Translations under genes and position numbers: made by a program
Shown: positions 23,642 through 32,000 of the stretch, in pieces
Layout of the letters: each line of letters starts with the position of its first letter
Numbering within the stretch: the first letter of the stretch is position 1
Assembly: GCA_016188675.1 (NCBI GenBank)
Contig: JACPHJ010000188.1
Location: 18,397 to 50,396, forward strand
Reading direction: 5' to 3'
Source of the DNA: Planctomycetota bacterium
Lineage (GTDB): Bacteria; Planctomycetota; Brocadiia; Brocadiales; Brocadiaceae
Length of the DNA stretch: 32,000 nt
Notes under the pieces: generated by a model
Database searches by the model: none
What the model saw: the letters and a program-made list of their open reading frames with translations, nothing else
Told to the model about the DNA's origin: nothing

Positions 23642-24658
23642 TTACATAACAGTTGCCGCGAGTGCATTGGTTCTTTCCAATTCAGAGACAATGTGTTCAT
23701 TAACGTTGTTTTTCGATAACTGCAATGCAACTCGTATGGCATTTTGTATGGCCTTGGAATCAGACCTGCCATGGCATATAATACAGACACCGTTGACGCC
23801 CAACAAAGGAACGCCGCCGTATTCACTAAAATCCATTTTAGCCCTTAATGCCTCAAAGGTTGGCTTGCATAACCACAAACCCATTTTCGACCAGAAACTC
23901 TTCATAGCACCGGCCTTAATTGTTGACAAAAGGTTCATGGCAAGTCCTTCTGCAAATTTCAACAAGACATTTCCTACAAAACCTTCACAAACAACGACGT
24001 CAGCTTTGCTGTCAAATATTTCGCGGCCTTCTACATTTCCCACAAAGTTTAAACCTGAACCGGAAATGAGCGCGAAAGTTTCTTTCGTAAGGTCATTTCC
24101 CTTTGCGTTCTCTTCGCCGATGTTCAGAAGGCCAACTCTTGGATTTTCTATACCAAACATATGTTTACTGAGTACGGTTGCCATAACACCGTATTGGAAG
24201 AGGTGTTCGGGTTTGCAGGCAATGTTTGCACCGGCGTCAATAATCAAACATATTCCGTGTCGTGTGGGAATAGCAACGGCAATACCGGGGCGACGTACCC
24301 CTTTCAGTGTTCGTAAATGCAATGTTGACGCAGCTACCGCAGCGCCTGTATGTCCCGCACTTACCACCGCAGTCGCCTCTCCTTTTGCCACCAGCTCAAC
24401 ACTGCGTGTGATGGACGAATTGATTTTCTGGCGTATAGAGTATGTTGCAGGGTCATCCATCCCAACTACTTGAGGTGCATGATAAATCGTAATGTTCTTC
24501 GGGGGATTCCCGTGAGAGTTCAGTTCGCCTTGTATCGCCTTTTCATCACCGACCAACACAATTTCATCATTTTGAAACTGCCGAGCCGCCAGAACCGATC
24601 CCTTGACGATTTCGTGCGGAGCCTTATCTCCACCCATTGCGTCTACCGCAACTCTCAT
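23642..24658 (-). CDS. plsX: Phosphate acyltransferase
   Basis: The ORF track starts at a TTG at 24673, which would overlap rpmF. The ATG at 24658 gives MRVAVDAMGGD..P, the canonical PlsX N-terminus, 4 nt after the rpmF stop. Confidence 0.9.
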   Translation of the reverse strand: MRVAVDAMGGDKAPHEIVKGSVLAARQFQNDEIVLVGDEKAIQGELNSHGNPPKNITIYHAPQVVGMDDPATYSIRQKINSSITRSVELVAKGEATAVVSAGHTGAAVAASTLHLRTLKGVRRPGIAVAIPTRHGICLIIDAGANIACKPEHLFQYGVMATVLSKHMFGIENPRVGLLNIGEENAKGNDLTKETFALISGSGLNFVGNVEGREIFDSKADVVVCEGFVGNVLLKFAEGLAMNLLSTIKAGAMKSFWSKMGLWLCKPTFEALRAKMDFSEYGGVPLLGVNGVCIICHGRSDSKAIQNAIRVALQLSKNNVNEHIVSELERTNALAATVM

Positions 24659-24662
24659 AAAC

Positions 24663-24890
24663 TCACCTTTCAACAGTGATAACCTGTTTACCTCGGTAAT
24701 AGCCGCAGTTATGGCAAACAGTGTGGGGTTGATTTACCTGTTTGCAATGTGAACAAATATAAAGTTTTGAGCGCACACCGGCCCCTTTCCCGATGTTTTC
24801 TGCGAGCGGAATAATAGGAGGGGTTAGCTTGTCGTGTGTACGTCTTTTACGGGTTCTTGAATTCGAAAACCTTCTCTTTGGATTGGGCAT
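24663..24890 (-). CDS. rpmF: 50S ribosomal protein L32 (long form, zinc-ribbon type)
   Basis: MPNPKRRFSNSRTRKRRTHDKL... followed by CSHC...CHNCGYYRGKQV. At 75 aa it exceeds the ~57-60 aa typical of L32. Confidence 0.9.
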   Translation of the reverse strand: MPNPKRRFSNSRTRKRRTHDKLTPPIIPLAENIGKGAGVRSKLYICSHCKQVNQPHTVCHNCGYYRGKQVITVER

Positions 24891-25020
24891 GTATCACCTC
24901 AATAAAAAATTCATAAAAAAAAAGAAGCACAGGGAAGATAAAGAAAGAAGGAGGCATTTATTGCATACTTCCCGGTACTTCATCGTAAAATATTTTATAA
25001 ACGCTACTTTCAAAGAGAAA

Positions 25021-25049
25021 ATTTTATATATCAATGCCATTATTGTCAA
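25021..25049 (-). promoter_or_regulatory. Sigma-70-like promoter for the rpmF-plsX-fab operon
   Basis: Minus strand: TTGACA (25049-25044), a 17-nt spacer, then TAAAAT (25026-25021). It lies about 130 nt upstream of the rpmF ATG in an AT-rich intergenic region. Confidence 0.5.
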
Positions 25050-25145
25050 GTAAAAACTCAGGAATCAATTACGTAAAAACGATTACTCAATTGTCCTTTT
25101 ATATGATTTTGCCACATTTTTTGATAAAGACCCGCTGTGTATTAA

Positions 25146-27800
25146 CTACTTACCCTGTAATATTTTCTCGCTTAACAATTCAGTGGCAAAACGAAGGGCC
25201 TCGTCCAGTTTTTCTGCCCACTGGCCTCCTGCCTGTGCCATATCAGGCCTGCCGCCTCCTCCGCCTCCGACAACCTTTGCGATTTCTTTGGAGATGTTTC
25301 CGGCGTGCAAACCACGCTTGACCAGATTGGGACTCAAGGCGGCAATTATCGTTACCCTGCCGTTTTGCGATGTCCCCAAAACTATAGCGAGTTCATCGCC
25401 GGTTTTCATTAGCACGTCTATAGTTTTCCTTAAGTCATCTGCGGTTGCTTCGTCTAATTTTTTGGTGATAATCTTTACTCCTGAAACCACCTTGGCGCCC
25501 TCAATGAAAGAGCCAACCTTGCCGCTCAATTCTTTTTGTTTTACCTTGTGGAGTTCTTTTTGTAAATTTTTTAGTTCGTTTAAAATTTCCTGAGTTTTCG
25601 TAATGACTTTGTCTTCATGGGTATTCAGGGCGTCGCATATCTCCTGGAGAATCGTTTCTTTTTCTCTGCTTCTGTTTAATGCAGCCATGCCGGTTATGGC
25701 TTCGATACGCCGGATTCCGGCAGCAACAGAAGATTCCGCAATGATTTTGAATAATCCAATTTCCCCGGCATTATTTACATGCGTTCCGCCGCACAATTCC
25801 TTGCTGAAATCACCCAGTGTGACCACACGGACTGTTTCTCCGTATTTTTCGCCAAACAGGGCCATAGCGCCGGCATTCCTTGCCTCCTGGAGGGTCGATT
25901 CTTTGGAACACACAGGCGCATTTTCCAGGATTTTTTCGTTGGCCAGGTCCTCGATACGGGTTATTTCCTCTTTTGTCAAACCGGAGAAGTGGTGAAAATC
26001 AAAACGCAAACGATCGGGTGAAACCAGTGAACCCGCCTGTTCGGCATGCTGGCCGATGACCCTTCGCAATGCATAATGGAGAATATGGGTTGCCGAATGA
26101 TTCCTCCGTATAGCGTTCCTTCGCTGGTCGTTAACCTTCGCATGAACCACATTTCCCTTCTTCAGTTCTCCTTTTGTTATCTTTCCGAAATGCAGGATAA
26201 AATCATCGTTTTTCCTGGTGTCGCTAATCTGGACGTGAACTCCGTTTGCTTCCAGAATGCCCGTATCGCCAATCTGTCCGCCTGATTCGCCGTAGAAGGT
26301 TGTTTGATCTAAAACCACAGTGACTTCACTGCCGGAGGCAGCCGCGTCCACAAGTTGATCGCCCTGGATAATGGCGATTATCCTTCCTTCCGATGAGGAT
26401 TTTTCGTAACCGACAAATTTTGTGCCCTTTGAAATATCCTTGATCTTGCTGAGAGGGCCAGTGTCAAAAACCTGCCCTGTCATTTGAGAGGACGTCCTTG
26501 CCTGTAAACGCTGCTTTTTGAGTTCTTCTTCAAAACCATCCCTGTCGACCTCATATCCTTTTTCATTGAGGATTGACTCTGTCATGTCTAACGGGAAACC
26601 ATAAGTATCGTATAATTTAAAAGCCTCCCGCCCGGGGAGTACCTTTTGTTCGTTTTTTTGTAAACTTTCCGTGAGTTCTTCTAAGATGCGGGTTCCCTGT
26701 TCAAGGGTTTCGTGGAACTTTTCTTCTTCGCTCTTCACAATCCTTGTGATATTTTCTCTTCGTTGCTTAATATCGGGATAATGCTCCTGCATTACCTCGC
26801 TTACAACCGGTACCAATTTGTATAAGAAACAGTCTTTAATACCTAATTGTGTGCCATCCCGTATGGCGCGCCTCAACAACCGCCTTTCTACGTATCCACG
26901 CCCCTCGTTGCCGGGCAGCACCCCATCTGAAATACAAAACACACAGGCCTTCACATGGTCTGCAATACGGCGCATAAGCACGGCATTCGCCATCTGTCCG
27001 TTATATTTTACTTTTGTGATTTCTTCTATGTATTTGATTATAGGTCTAAAAATGTCAATGTCGAAGTTGGTTTGTACTCCTTGCATGACGCGCGCCATTC
27101 TTTCCAATCCCATGCCTGTGTCAACATTTTTATGCGGCAACGGTTCCAGCTTGCCCCCTTCTTTGCGGTCGTATTGGGTAAACACCAGATTCCATATCTC
27201 AACAAACCGGTCGCAATCACATGCAGGGTCGCATTCTTTTCGTCCGCAACCGACTTTTTCTCCCTGATCGAAAAATATTTCCGAACACGGCCCGCAGGGT
27301 CCGTTCGGCCCGTGGGTCGGCGCATTCGAAGGCCAAAAATTATCCTTTTCGCCGTACCGGTAAATTTTAGAGATGGGTATGCGGATATGTTTCTCCCATA
27401 TATCGTATGATTCCTGATCGTCCTTGTAAACGCTTACACTGAGCTTTTCTGCTGGTATTTTCAACTCCTGTACAAGGAATTCCCATGCCCATTCAATAGT
27501 TTCTTTCTTAAAGTAGTCGCCAAAAGAAAAGTTTCCCAGCATCTCGAAGAAGGTATGGTGGGACGCCGTTTTCCCAACGTTGTCAATATCTCCCGTACGG
27601 AGGCATTTCTGGCAGGTGGTCACCTTTTTGAAGCTTAAGTTTCCTTTGCCCAGAAACATGTCTTTGAACTGATTCATACCCGCACCCGTAAAGAGGAGTG
27701 TCGGGTCATTCTGTGGGACTAGTGAGTCGCTGGGTAAAATTTCGTGAGACTTTTTTTTGAAGAAGTTTAAAAATTTGTCGCGTATTTCGTTTGTCTTCAT
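25146..27800 (-). CDS. alaS: Alanine--tRNA ligase
   Basis: 884 aa. MKTNEIR.KFL.FF..K.H....S.SLVP..DPTLLFT.AGM.QFK is present. It has the editing-domain HxxxH / CGGTH motifs (HSATHILH, CGGTHV) and a C-terminal DHHA1-like GGGGGRPDMAQAGG. Confidence 0.95.
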   Translation of the reverse strand: MKTNEIRDKFLNFFKKKSHEILPSDSLVPQNDPTLLFTGAGMNQFKDMFLGKGNLSFKKVTTCQKCLRTGDIDNVGKTASHHTFFEMLGNFSFGDYFKKETIEWAWEFLVQELKIPAEKLSVSVYKDDQESYDIWEKHIRIPISKIYRYGEKDNFWPSNAPTHGPNGPCGPCSEIFFDQGEKVGCGRKECDPACDCDRFVEIWNLVFTQYDRKEGGKLEPLPHKNVDTGMGLERMARVMQGVQTNFDIDIFRPIIKYIEEITKVKYNGQMANAVLMRRIADHVKACVFCISDGVLPGNEGRGYVERRLLRRAIRDGTQLGIKDCFLYKLVPVVSEVMQEHYPDIKQRRENITRIVKSEEEKFHETLEQGTRILEELTESLQKNEQKVLPGREAFKLYDTYGFPLDMTESILNEKGYEVDRDGFEEELKKQRLQARTSSQMTGQVFDTGPLSKIKDISKGTKFVGYEKSSSEGRIIAIIQGDQLVDAAASGSEVTVVLDQTTFYGESGGQIGDTGILEANGVHVQISDTRKNDDFILHFGKITKGELKKGNVVHAKVNDQRRNAIRRNHSATHILHYALRRVIGQHAEQAGSLVSPDRLRFDFHHFSGLTKEEITRIEDLANEKILENAPVCSKESTLQEARNAGAMALFGEKYGETVRVVTLGDFSKELCGGTHVNNAGEIGLFKIIAESSVAAGIRRIEAITGMAALNRSREKETILQEICDALNTHEDKVITKTQEILNELKNLQKELHKVKQKELSGKVGSFIEGAKVVSGVKIITKKLDEATADDLRKTIDVLMKTGDELAIVLGTSQNGRVTIIAALSPNLVKRGLHAGNISKEIAKVVGGGGGGRPDMAQAGGQWAEKLDEALRFATELLSEKILQGK

Positions 27801-27842
27801 AAATTATAGTAACAATTCAATTCGCCTTATCGGCAAAAAACT

Positions 27843-28946
27843 TTAATCTTTTCTCTGCGCCCTCTGTGCGCCCTGTGGTTCATTTTTCTTTCCGCTTTCC
27901 GGGGCTTTTTCAGGGGGCTTTTCTTTAACCATCTCCGGCATTATTTTTTTAAGGACCGACAATTCTATTTCTTTCATCAATTCAGGTTTCCCTTCGATAA
28001 ACTGTCTGGAATTTTCTCTGCCCTGCCCCAGCCGGATATCACCATAAGAAAACCATGTGCCGGACTTGTCAATAATCTGCTGTTCGACCCCAAGATCAAT
28101 AATGTCGCCTGCGCGTGAAATGCCAGAATTATACAGGATGTCAAACTCGGCCTTTTTGAAAGGTGCGGCAACTTTGTTTTTGGCAATGGTAGCACGAACT
28201 CTGTTGCCAATAGCGATGTCGCCGTCTTTGATGCTGCCGATCCTCCGGATATCGATGCGTACCGAGGAATAGAATTTCAACGCCCTTCCGCCCGGGGTTG
28301 TCTCTGGATTTCCTCCGTACATAACGCCAATTTTTTCACGAATCTGGTTTATAAAAATAACACTGGTTTGAGATTTTGAAATACATCCCGTTAATTTGCG
28401 CAATGCCTGAGACATTAACCGCGCCTGGAGTCCCACATGCGTGTCGCCCATCTCTCCCTCAATTTCTGCGCGGGGGACGAGCGCTGCAACGGAGTCGATT
28501 GCAATTATGTCAACGGCGTTGCTCCTTACCAGTAATTCTGCAATTTCAAGCGCCTGTTCTCCCGTGTCGGGCTGGTTAACCATGAGATTGTTTAAGTCCA
28601 CACCTAATTTCTTTGCATAGTCAGGGTCTAAGGCATGTTCGGCGTCAATAAAGGCTGCCATACCGCCGCTTTTCTGGGCGTTTGCAATGATATGAAGGGT
28701 CAGGGTAGTTTTGCCCGAAGATTCAGGACCGAAAATTTCGATGACCCTTCCCCGCGGGATGCCTCCTACGCCAAGCGCAATATCCAGGGACAATGCCCCT
28801 GTAGAGATCGTGGGAACGTCCAGTCTCGTTTCGCCTCCCAACTTCATGATCGTTCCCTTGCCGTATTGCTTCTCGATCTGCGATATTGCGCGTTCGAGCG
28901 CTTGCTGCCGTTTTTCCTTGTCTGCGTCTTCTGGTTTGGAAGTCAT
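27843..28946 (-). CDS. recA: Recombinase A
   Basis: 367 aa. GKG.IM.LG, the Walker A motif [18 protein letters not shown], the GEMGD loop and [12 protein letters not shown] are present. It has a Lys/Pro/Glu-rich C-terminal tail. Confidence 0.95.
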   Translation of the reverse strand: MTSKPEDADKEKRQQALERAISQIEKQYGKGTIMKLGGETRLDVPTISTGALSLDIALGVGGIPRGRVIEIFGPESSGKTTLTLHIIANAQKSGGMAAFIDAEHALDPDYAKKLGVDLNNLMVNQPDTGEQALEIAELLVRSNAVDIIAIDSVAALVPRAEIEGEMGDTHVGLQARLMSQALRKLTGCISKSQTSVIFINQIREKIGVMYGGNPETTPGGRALKFYSSVRIDIRRIGSIKDGDIAIGNRVRATIAKNKVAAPFKKAEFDILYNSGISRAGDIIDLGVEQQIIDKSGTWFSYGDIRLGQGRENSRQFIEGKPELMKEIELSVLKKIMPEMVKEKPPEKAPESGKKNEPQGAQRAQRKD

Positions 28947-28974
28947 AATTCACCCATATAAAAAGTTATAAGGT

Positions 28975-29541
28975 TTACGAAACTAAATCAACACTATGTA
29001 ACTTCGTATATATGGGTCCCTCCGGTGAAAGGTCACTCTTCATCAGTACCACCTGCGTTACATGTTCTGAGCCAAAATTAAACCCATTGTACGAATTCAG
29101 GTTCTCCATAAGCTTTGTCAAATTCCTGCGCGTCTTGATACGCCCCACAGTAAGATGCGCATCGAATTTGCGATCCTCATGCTCCACACCCAGCGCCATT
29201 AATTGGTTGTCCAGTCTTTCGTGGATTTTTGCCAAAACCCCCGCCGTATCTATCACCTGTGCAAAAATAACACGAGGATTTTTAGGTGTAGGGAAAACAC
29301 CTGCCCCTGTATAGCTAAGGTCAAATGGTTTTATATGAGTCACAGCGTCTTCTATTATAGCGGTAACTGCTTCAATATTTTCTTCGTCAATATAGCCGAT
29401 AAATTTTAGCGTTATGTGAATATTTTCAGGGGCTACCCAGCCTACACCTGCATCGGCTTTTTTAAGCTTATCCTGAAATGCAGTTAATTTTTGTCTTGTT
29501 TCTCCGGTAATTTCGACTGCGACAAAGAGCCTAACGTTCAT
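28975..29541 (-). CDS. thpR: RNA 2',3'-cyclic phosphodiesterase (2H family, LigT/ThpR)
   Basis: 188 aa with two H-x-T/S motifs (HITLKF and HLTVGR) at the expected spacing and the N-terminal RLFVA. Confidence 0.8.
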   Translation of the reverse strand: MNVRLFVAVEITGETRQKLTAFQDKLKKADAGVGWVAPENIHITLKFIGYIDEENIEAVTAIIEDAVTHIKPFDLSYTGAGVFPTPKNPRVIFAQVIDTAGVLAKIHERLDNQLMALGVEHEDRKFDAHLTVGRIKTRRNLTKLMENLNSYNGFNFGSEHVTQVVLMKSDLSPEGPIYTKLHSVDLVS

Positions 29542-29593
29542 AATTCAAGGTTCGGGAATTTCAATCTTTTTTATTAACCAATTGATAAACACA

Positions 29594-29685
29594 CCCCTGC
29601 CCCTCTCAAGAGGGGAATTATGAAAATCCCCTTTTGGGAGAGAACCCACCTCTTAGTCCCCTCCAGGGAGGGGATTGGGGTGGGT
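29594..29685. repeat. Cluster of nested G/C-rich palindromes between gltX and thpR (REP-like element)
   Basis: cccctc-tcaa-gagggg (29600-29615). tcccctcc-ag-ggagggga (29657-29674), nested inside acccacc (29644-29650) / ggtgggt (29679-85). On the minus strand it reads cccaccccaatcccctcc..., which shares the CAATCCCC core with the kbl insertion. Confidence 0.7.
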
Positions 29686-29705
29686 AAAAAACAAAAATAA
29701 TTTAA

Positions 29706-31052
29706 TTATACGGCGGTTGATTTAATAGCTTCCGATCTCTCGCACAGGTGTTTAGAGGAATAGTCGAGGCGATTTAACGTCCTTTCCTTTCCCAAAAGCT
29801 CCATCGTTTCAAAAATACCAGCGCTGACGCTTTTACCTGTAATGGCTACCCTCATGGGCTGTGCAAGCTTGGAAAATCCGATGCCAACCTTTGTGGTTAA
29901 CGCCCGCAGGGAATCTTCCAAATGTGTTTTGTCAAAATTGTCTATCGATGAAATGGCCGAATGCACCTCTTTTAATAACCCGCCGATTCCTTCCTTTTTG
30001 AGGAACTTATCCACGGCTGCCTGATCGTATTCAATAGTATCAGTAAAGAAGAACGTTGTCTGATTGAGCAAGTCCTGGAAGGTCTTGAATCGTTCCTGAT
30101 ACAATGCCACCAGGTTGGAAAGCCAGCCTGCAGGGGCCTTTGTCAGATCGACGCCGGATTTTTCGAAAAAGGCCTTAACTTCCGCAGTCAGATGCTCAAC
30201 AGGTGTATTTTTAATATACTGACCGTTCATCCAGTCCAGTTTTACGTTGTTAAACTGTGCGCTGGTTTTATTTACCCGTTTTAAAGTAAACTTTTCGATC
30301 ATTTCCTGTGTCGATATAATTTCCTGGTCGTTTCCGGGCGACCACCCCAGGAGGGCAAGAAAATTTACCAGTGCATGAGGCAAGTAACCTTTATCCCGAT
30401 ATTCTGTTACGGAGGTTGCCCCATGGCGTTTACTTAATCGTGATCCATCTTCTCCCAGAATCATGGGAATGTGGGCAAATTCAGGCATTTTAAACCCAAA
30501 GGCATTGTAAAGGGCTATTTGTTTCGGTGTATTCGATATATGGTCGTCCCCCCGAATAATATGGGTAATTCCCATTTCCGCATCGTCCACGACACAGGCA
30601 AAATTATAGGTGGGGAAACCGTCTGCCTTGAGTATAACAAAGTCCTCAATAAGAGAGGCGTCGAAGGTAATGGTGCCGTGTATGAGATCGTTAATTTCCG
30701 TTACCCCATCCTGCATCTTAAAACGAATGGCCTTGCGGCCCTCCTCGTCGGTATCGTAAAAAGCCTTTCCCTGTGCAACCAGTTTTTCTGCATGTTGTTT
30801 ATAAATGGATAATCTTTGGCTTTGGAAATACGGGCCTTCATCCCAGTCTAAACCCAGCCATTTCATGCTGTCGAGGATTGCTTGTGTGGCCTCTTCGGTG
30901 GAACGCTGCTGATCGGTATCTTCTATGCGTAAGAGAAAAACGCCCTTATTGTGCCGTGCAAAAAGCCAGTTAAATAGCGCCGTTCTGGCTCCTCCAATAT
31001 GGAGGTAGCCCGTAGGGCTAGGTGCAAAACGAACCTTGACGTTGGAACTCAA
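29706..31052 (-). CDS. gltX: Glutamate--tRNA ligase
   Basis: 448 aa with a TTG start preceded by AAAGGAAG. VRFAPSPTGYLHIGGARTALFNW (HIGH motif), RIEDTD and LSKRHG (KMSKS variant) are present. Confidence 0.9.
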   Translation of the reverse strand: MSSNVKVRFAPSPTGYLHIGGARTALFNWLFARHNKGVFLLRIEDTDQQRSTEEATQAILDSMKWLGLDWDEGPYFQSQRLSIYKQHAEKLVAQGKAFYDTDEEGRKAIRFKMQDGVTEINDLIHGTITFDASLIEDFVILKADGFPTYNFACVVDDAEMGITHIIRGDDHISNTPKQIALYNAFGFKMPEFAHIPMILGEDGSRLSKRHGATSVTEYRDKGYLPHALVNFLALLGWSPGNDQEIISTQEMIEKFTLKRVNKTSAQFNNVKLDWMNGQYIKNTPVEHLTAEVKAFFEKSGVDLTKAPAGWLSNLVALYQERFKTFQDLLNQTTFFFTDTIEYDQAAVDKFLKKEGIGGLLKEVHSAISSIDNFDKTHLEDSLRALTTKVGIGFSKLAQPMRVAITGKSVSAGIFETMELLGKERTLNRLDYSSKHLCERSEAIKSTAV

Positions 31053-31108
31053 ACTTCTTCCTTTCTTTAAAACCTCAGTTATGTGTTCTTATAAGCATCT
31101 TTTTGTTG

Positions 31109-31155
31109 CTTTGTAACAAAGAGATATGATAACGAATCTGGAATAAAAGTGTCAA
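31109..31155 (-). promoter_or_regulatory. Sigma-70-like gltX promoter with a 13-bp palindrome at the predicted transcription start
   Basis: Minus strand: TTGACA (31155-31150), an 18-nt spacer, then TATCAT (31131-31126). The perfect palindrome CTTTGTAACAAAG (31109-31121) follows immediately. Confidence 0.4.
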
Positions 31156-31412
31156 GGGTTTTATTAACCAGGCGGGACATACAGAATGACTTCATTCATT
31201 TTGACATTTACTTTCGCAGGAATTTTGATAGTATCGGGGTGGTTTCTTCGAGTATCATAGCGCAGTTAAGCTGCAACCAGAGCAGTGAAGGCCGGTAGCG
31301 TGTGGCGTTTTATTCGTCATTCATTATTCAACACGCCTTCTTATTTCTAAAAACTTACACAAACTTGTCCTCGCAAAAACGGGGGAAAGAAGTTTTACAT
31401 GGTAATAATATA

Positions 31413-32000
31413 ATGCGCACACAAGTTAACATTTCATGCTGGATTTTAATCATATTTCCCCTGTGTTTGCTTTTCGGTATGGCCGCCTTCGCATCGGCAG
31501 TTGTGCAGATATCCGGTGGGGGTTTTCACAGCCTGGCCCTGAAATCGGACGGCACGGTATGGGCATGGGGATTGAATATACACGGCCAGCTTGGCGATGG
31601 CACAAATACAGACAGGAAAATGCCGGTACGGGTAAAGGAACTCTGCAACGTAGCTGCTATCGCCGGGGGAGTATGGCACAGTGTTGCATTGAAAACAGAC
31701 GGCACGGTATGGGTATGGGGAGGCAACTGGGCAGGACAACTTGGAGACGGCACAACAAAGAGCAGGAACATGCCTGTTCAGGTGTATGGTCTCGGCGGTA
31801 TTACGGCAATTACCGCAAAAGGACAACACAGCCTCGCCCTGAAGTCGGATGGAACCGTCTGGGCCTGGGGGCGAAACGCATATGGTCAAACGGGAGACGG
31901 AACTGCTTCTGAGAGAAACACACCGATACAGACAAGGGCGCTCAGCGGCATCGTCTCCATTGCCGGGGGAGGATACCATAGCCTTGCCCAAAAGGCAGAT
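31413..32000 (+). CDS. Secreted RCC1-repeat protein, 5' part (continues beyond the window)
   Basis: Absent from the ORF track because there is no stop in the window. The listed ORFs 31436..31912(+) and 31446..31991(-) are off-frame shadows. The frame from the ATG at 31413 reads [29 protein letters not shown] (signal peptide). It continues [46 protein letters not shown]..., then [26 protein letters not shown]..., then [26 protein letters not shown]... No obvious Shine-Dalgarno, so the exact start is uncertain. Confidence 0.8.
   Translation, partial: MRTQVNISCWILIIFPLCLLFGMAAFASAVVQISGGGFHSLALKSDGTVWAWGLNIHGQLGDGTNTDRKMPVRVKELCNVAAIAGGVWHSVALKTDGTVWVWGGNWAGQLGDGTTKSRNMPVQVYGLGGITAITAKGQHSLALKSDGTVWAWGRNAYGQTGDGTASERNTPIQTRALSGIVSIAGGGYHSLAQKAD

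Noticed and set aside
23667-24679. 268-aa and 109-aa plus-strand ORFs opposite plsX
   Set aside because: Shadow ORFs inside a conserved gene, with Ser/Pro/Thr-rich low-complexity translations.
25183-27410. Several 79-151-aa plus-strand ORFs and one 95-aa minus-strand off-frame ORF within alaS
   Set aside because: All are nested in the 884-aa alaS frame, which has unmistakable motifs. The translations look random.
28947-29020. Possible SOS / LexA operator upstream of recA
   Set aside because: There is an interrupted inverted repeat, acccatata (28952-28960) with tatatgggt (29009-29017), plus an inner tacgaa/ttcgta pair. No CTGT-N8-ACAG or other known LexA-box pattern is present. The right arm lies inside the thpR coding sequence, and the spacing is too large for a simple operator.
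31436-31991. 158-aa (+), 181-aa (-) and 81-aa (-) ORFs at the right edge
   Set aside because: They are off-frame or antisense shadows of the RCC1-repeat gene, whose true frame starts at 31413 and has no stop in the window.

Overview
Moderate-GC bacterial chromosome of Gram-negative type (lpxD present, Sec and lipoprotein signal peptides). No rRNA, tRNA or CRISPR array was recognised.

**Layout**
- **1-2.9 kb:** the right-hand part of a mobile element, all on the minus strand. It carries a Rep_trans-like replication initiator, an excisionase-type HTH gene running off the left edge, and a small HTH plus zinc-ribbon operon with its own promoter and terminator.
- **3.2-7.2 kb:** one 1328-aa secreted protein. 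It has two 7-bladed propellers (an unclassified ~40-aa repeat and RCC1), PPC, IPT/TIG and Ig-like domains, and an unrecognisable ~270-aa C-terminus.
- **7.6-14.2 kb:** core genes interleaved with toxin-antitoxin-like modules. The core genes are tdh, kbl, a cytochrome c'-like lipoprotein and selD. The modules are a zeta-toxin-like ATPase with a downstream partner, a TumE-like pair splitting tdh from kbl, a DUF433 plus PIN-like pair, and an orphan DUF2283 gene.
- **14.3-31 kb:** housekeeping genes. On the plus strand selD-pcm-DUF1326, then glmS (minus) and lpxD (plus). A long minus-strand run follows: gltX-thpR-recA-alaS-rpmF-plsX-fabH-fabD-acpP-fabF.
- **From 31413:** a second secreted RCC1-repeat protein, running off the right edge.

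**Most notable observations**
1. selD is a selenoprotein gene. An in-frame UGA at 14317-14319 made the ORF track truncate its N-terminus.
2. kbl carries an in-frame ~100-nt insertion built around a C7/G7 palindrome. The insertion resembles the G/C palindromes between gltX and thpR.
3. Short 9-10-bp-periodic motif arrays (ACAGATT type and CACGRA type) recur in intergenic regions and at gene 3' ends.
4. The fab cluster lacks fabG.
5. The C-terminal domain of the giant surface protein is uncharacterised.

The gene content and repeat families remind me of Planctomycetota or anammox-type genomes. That is an impression I cannot verify here.
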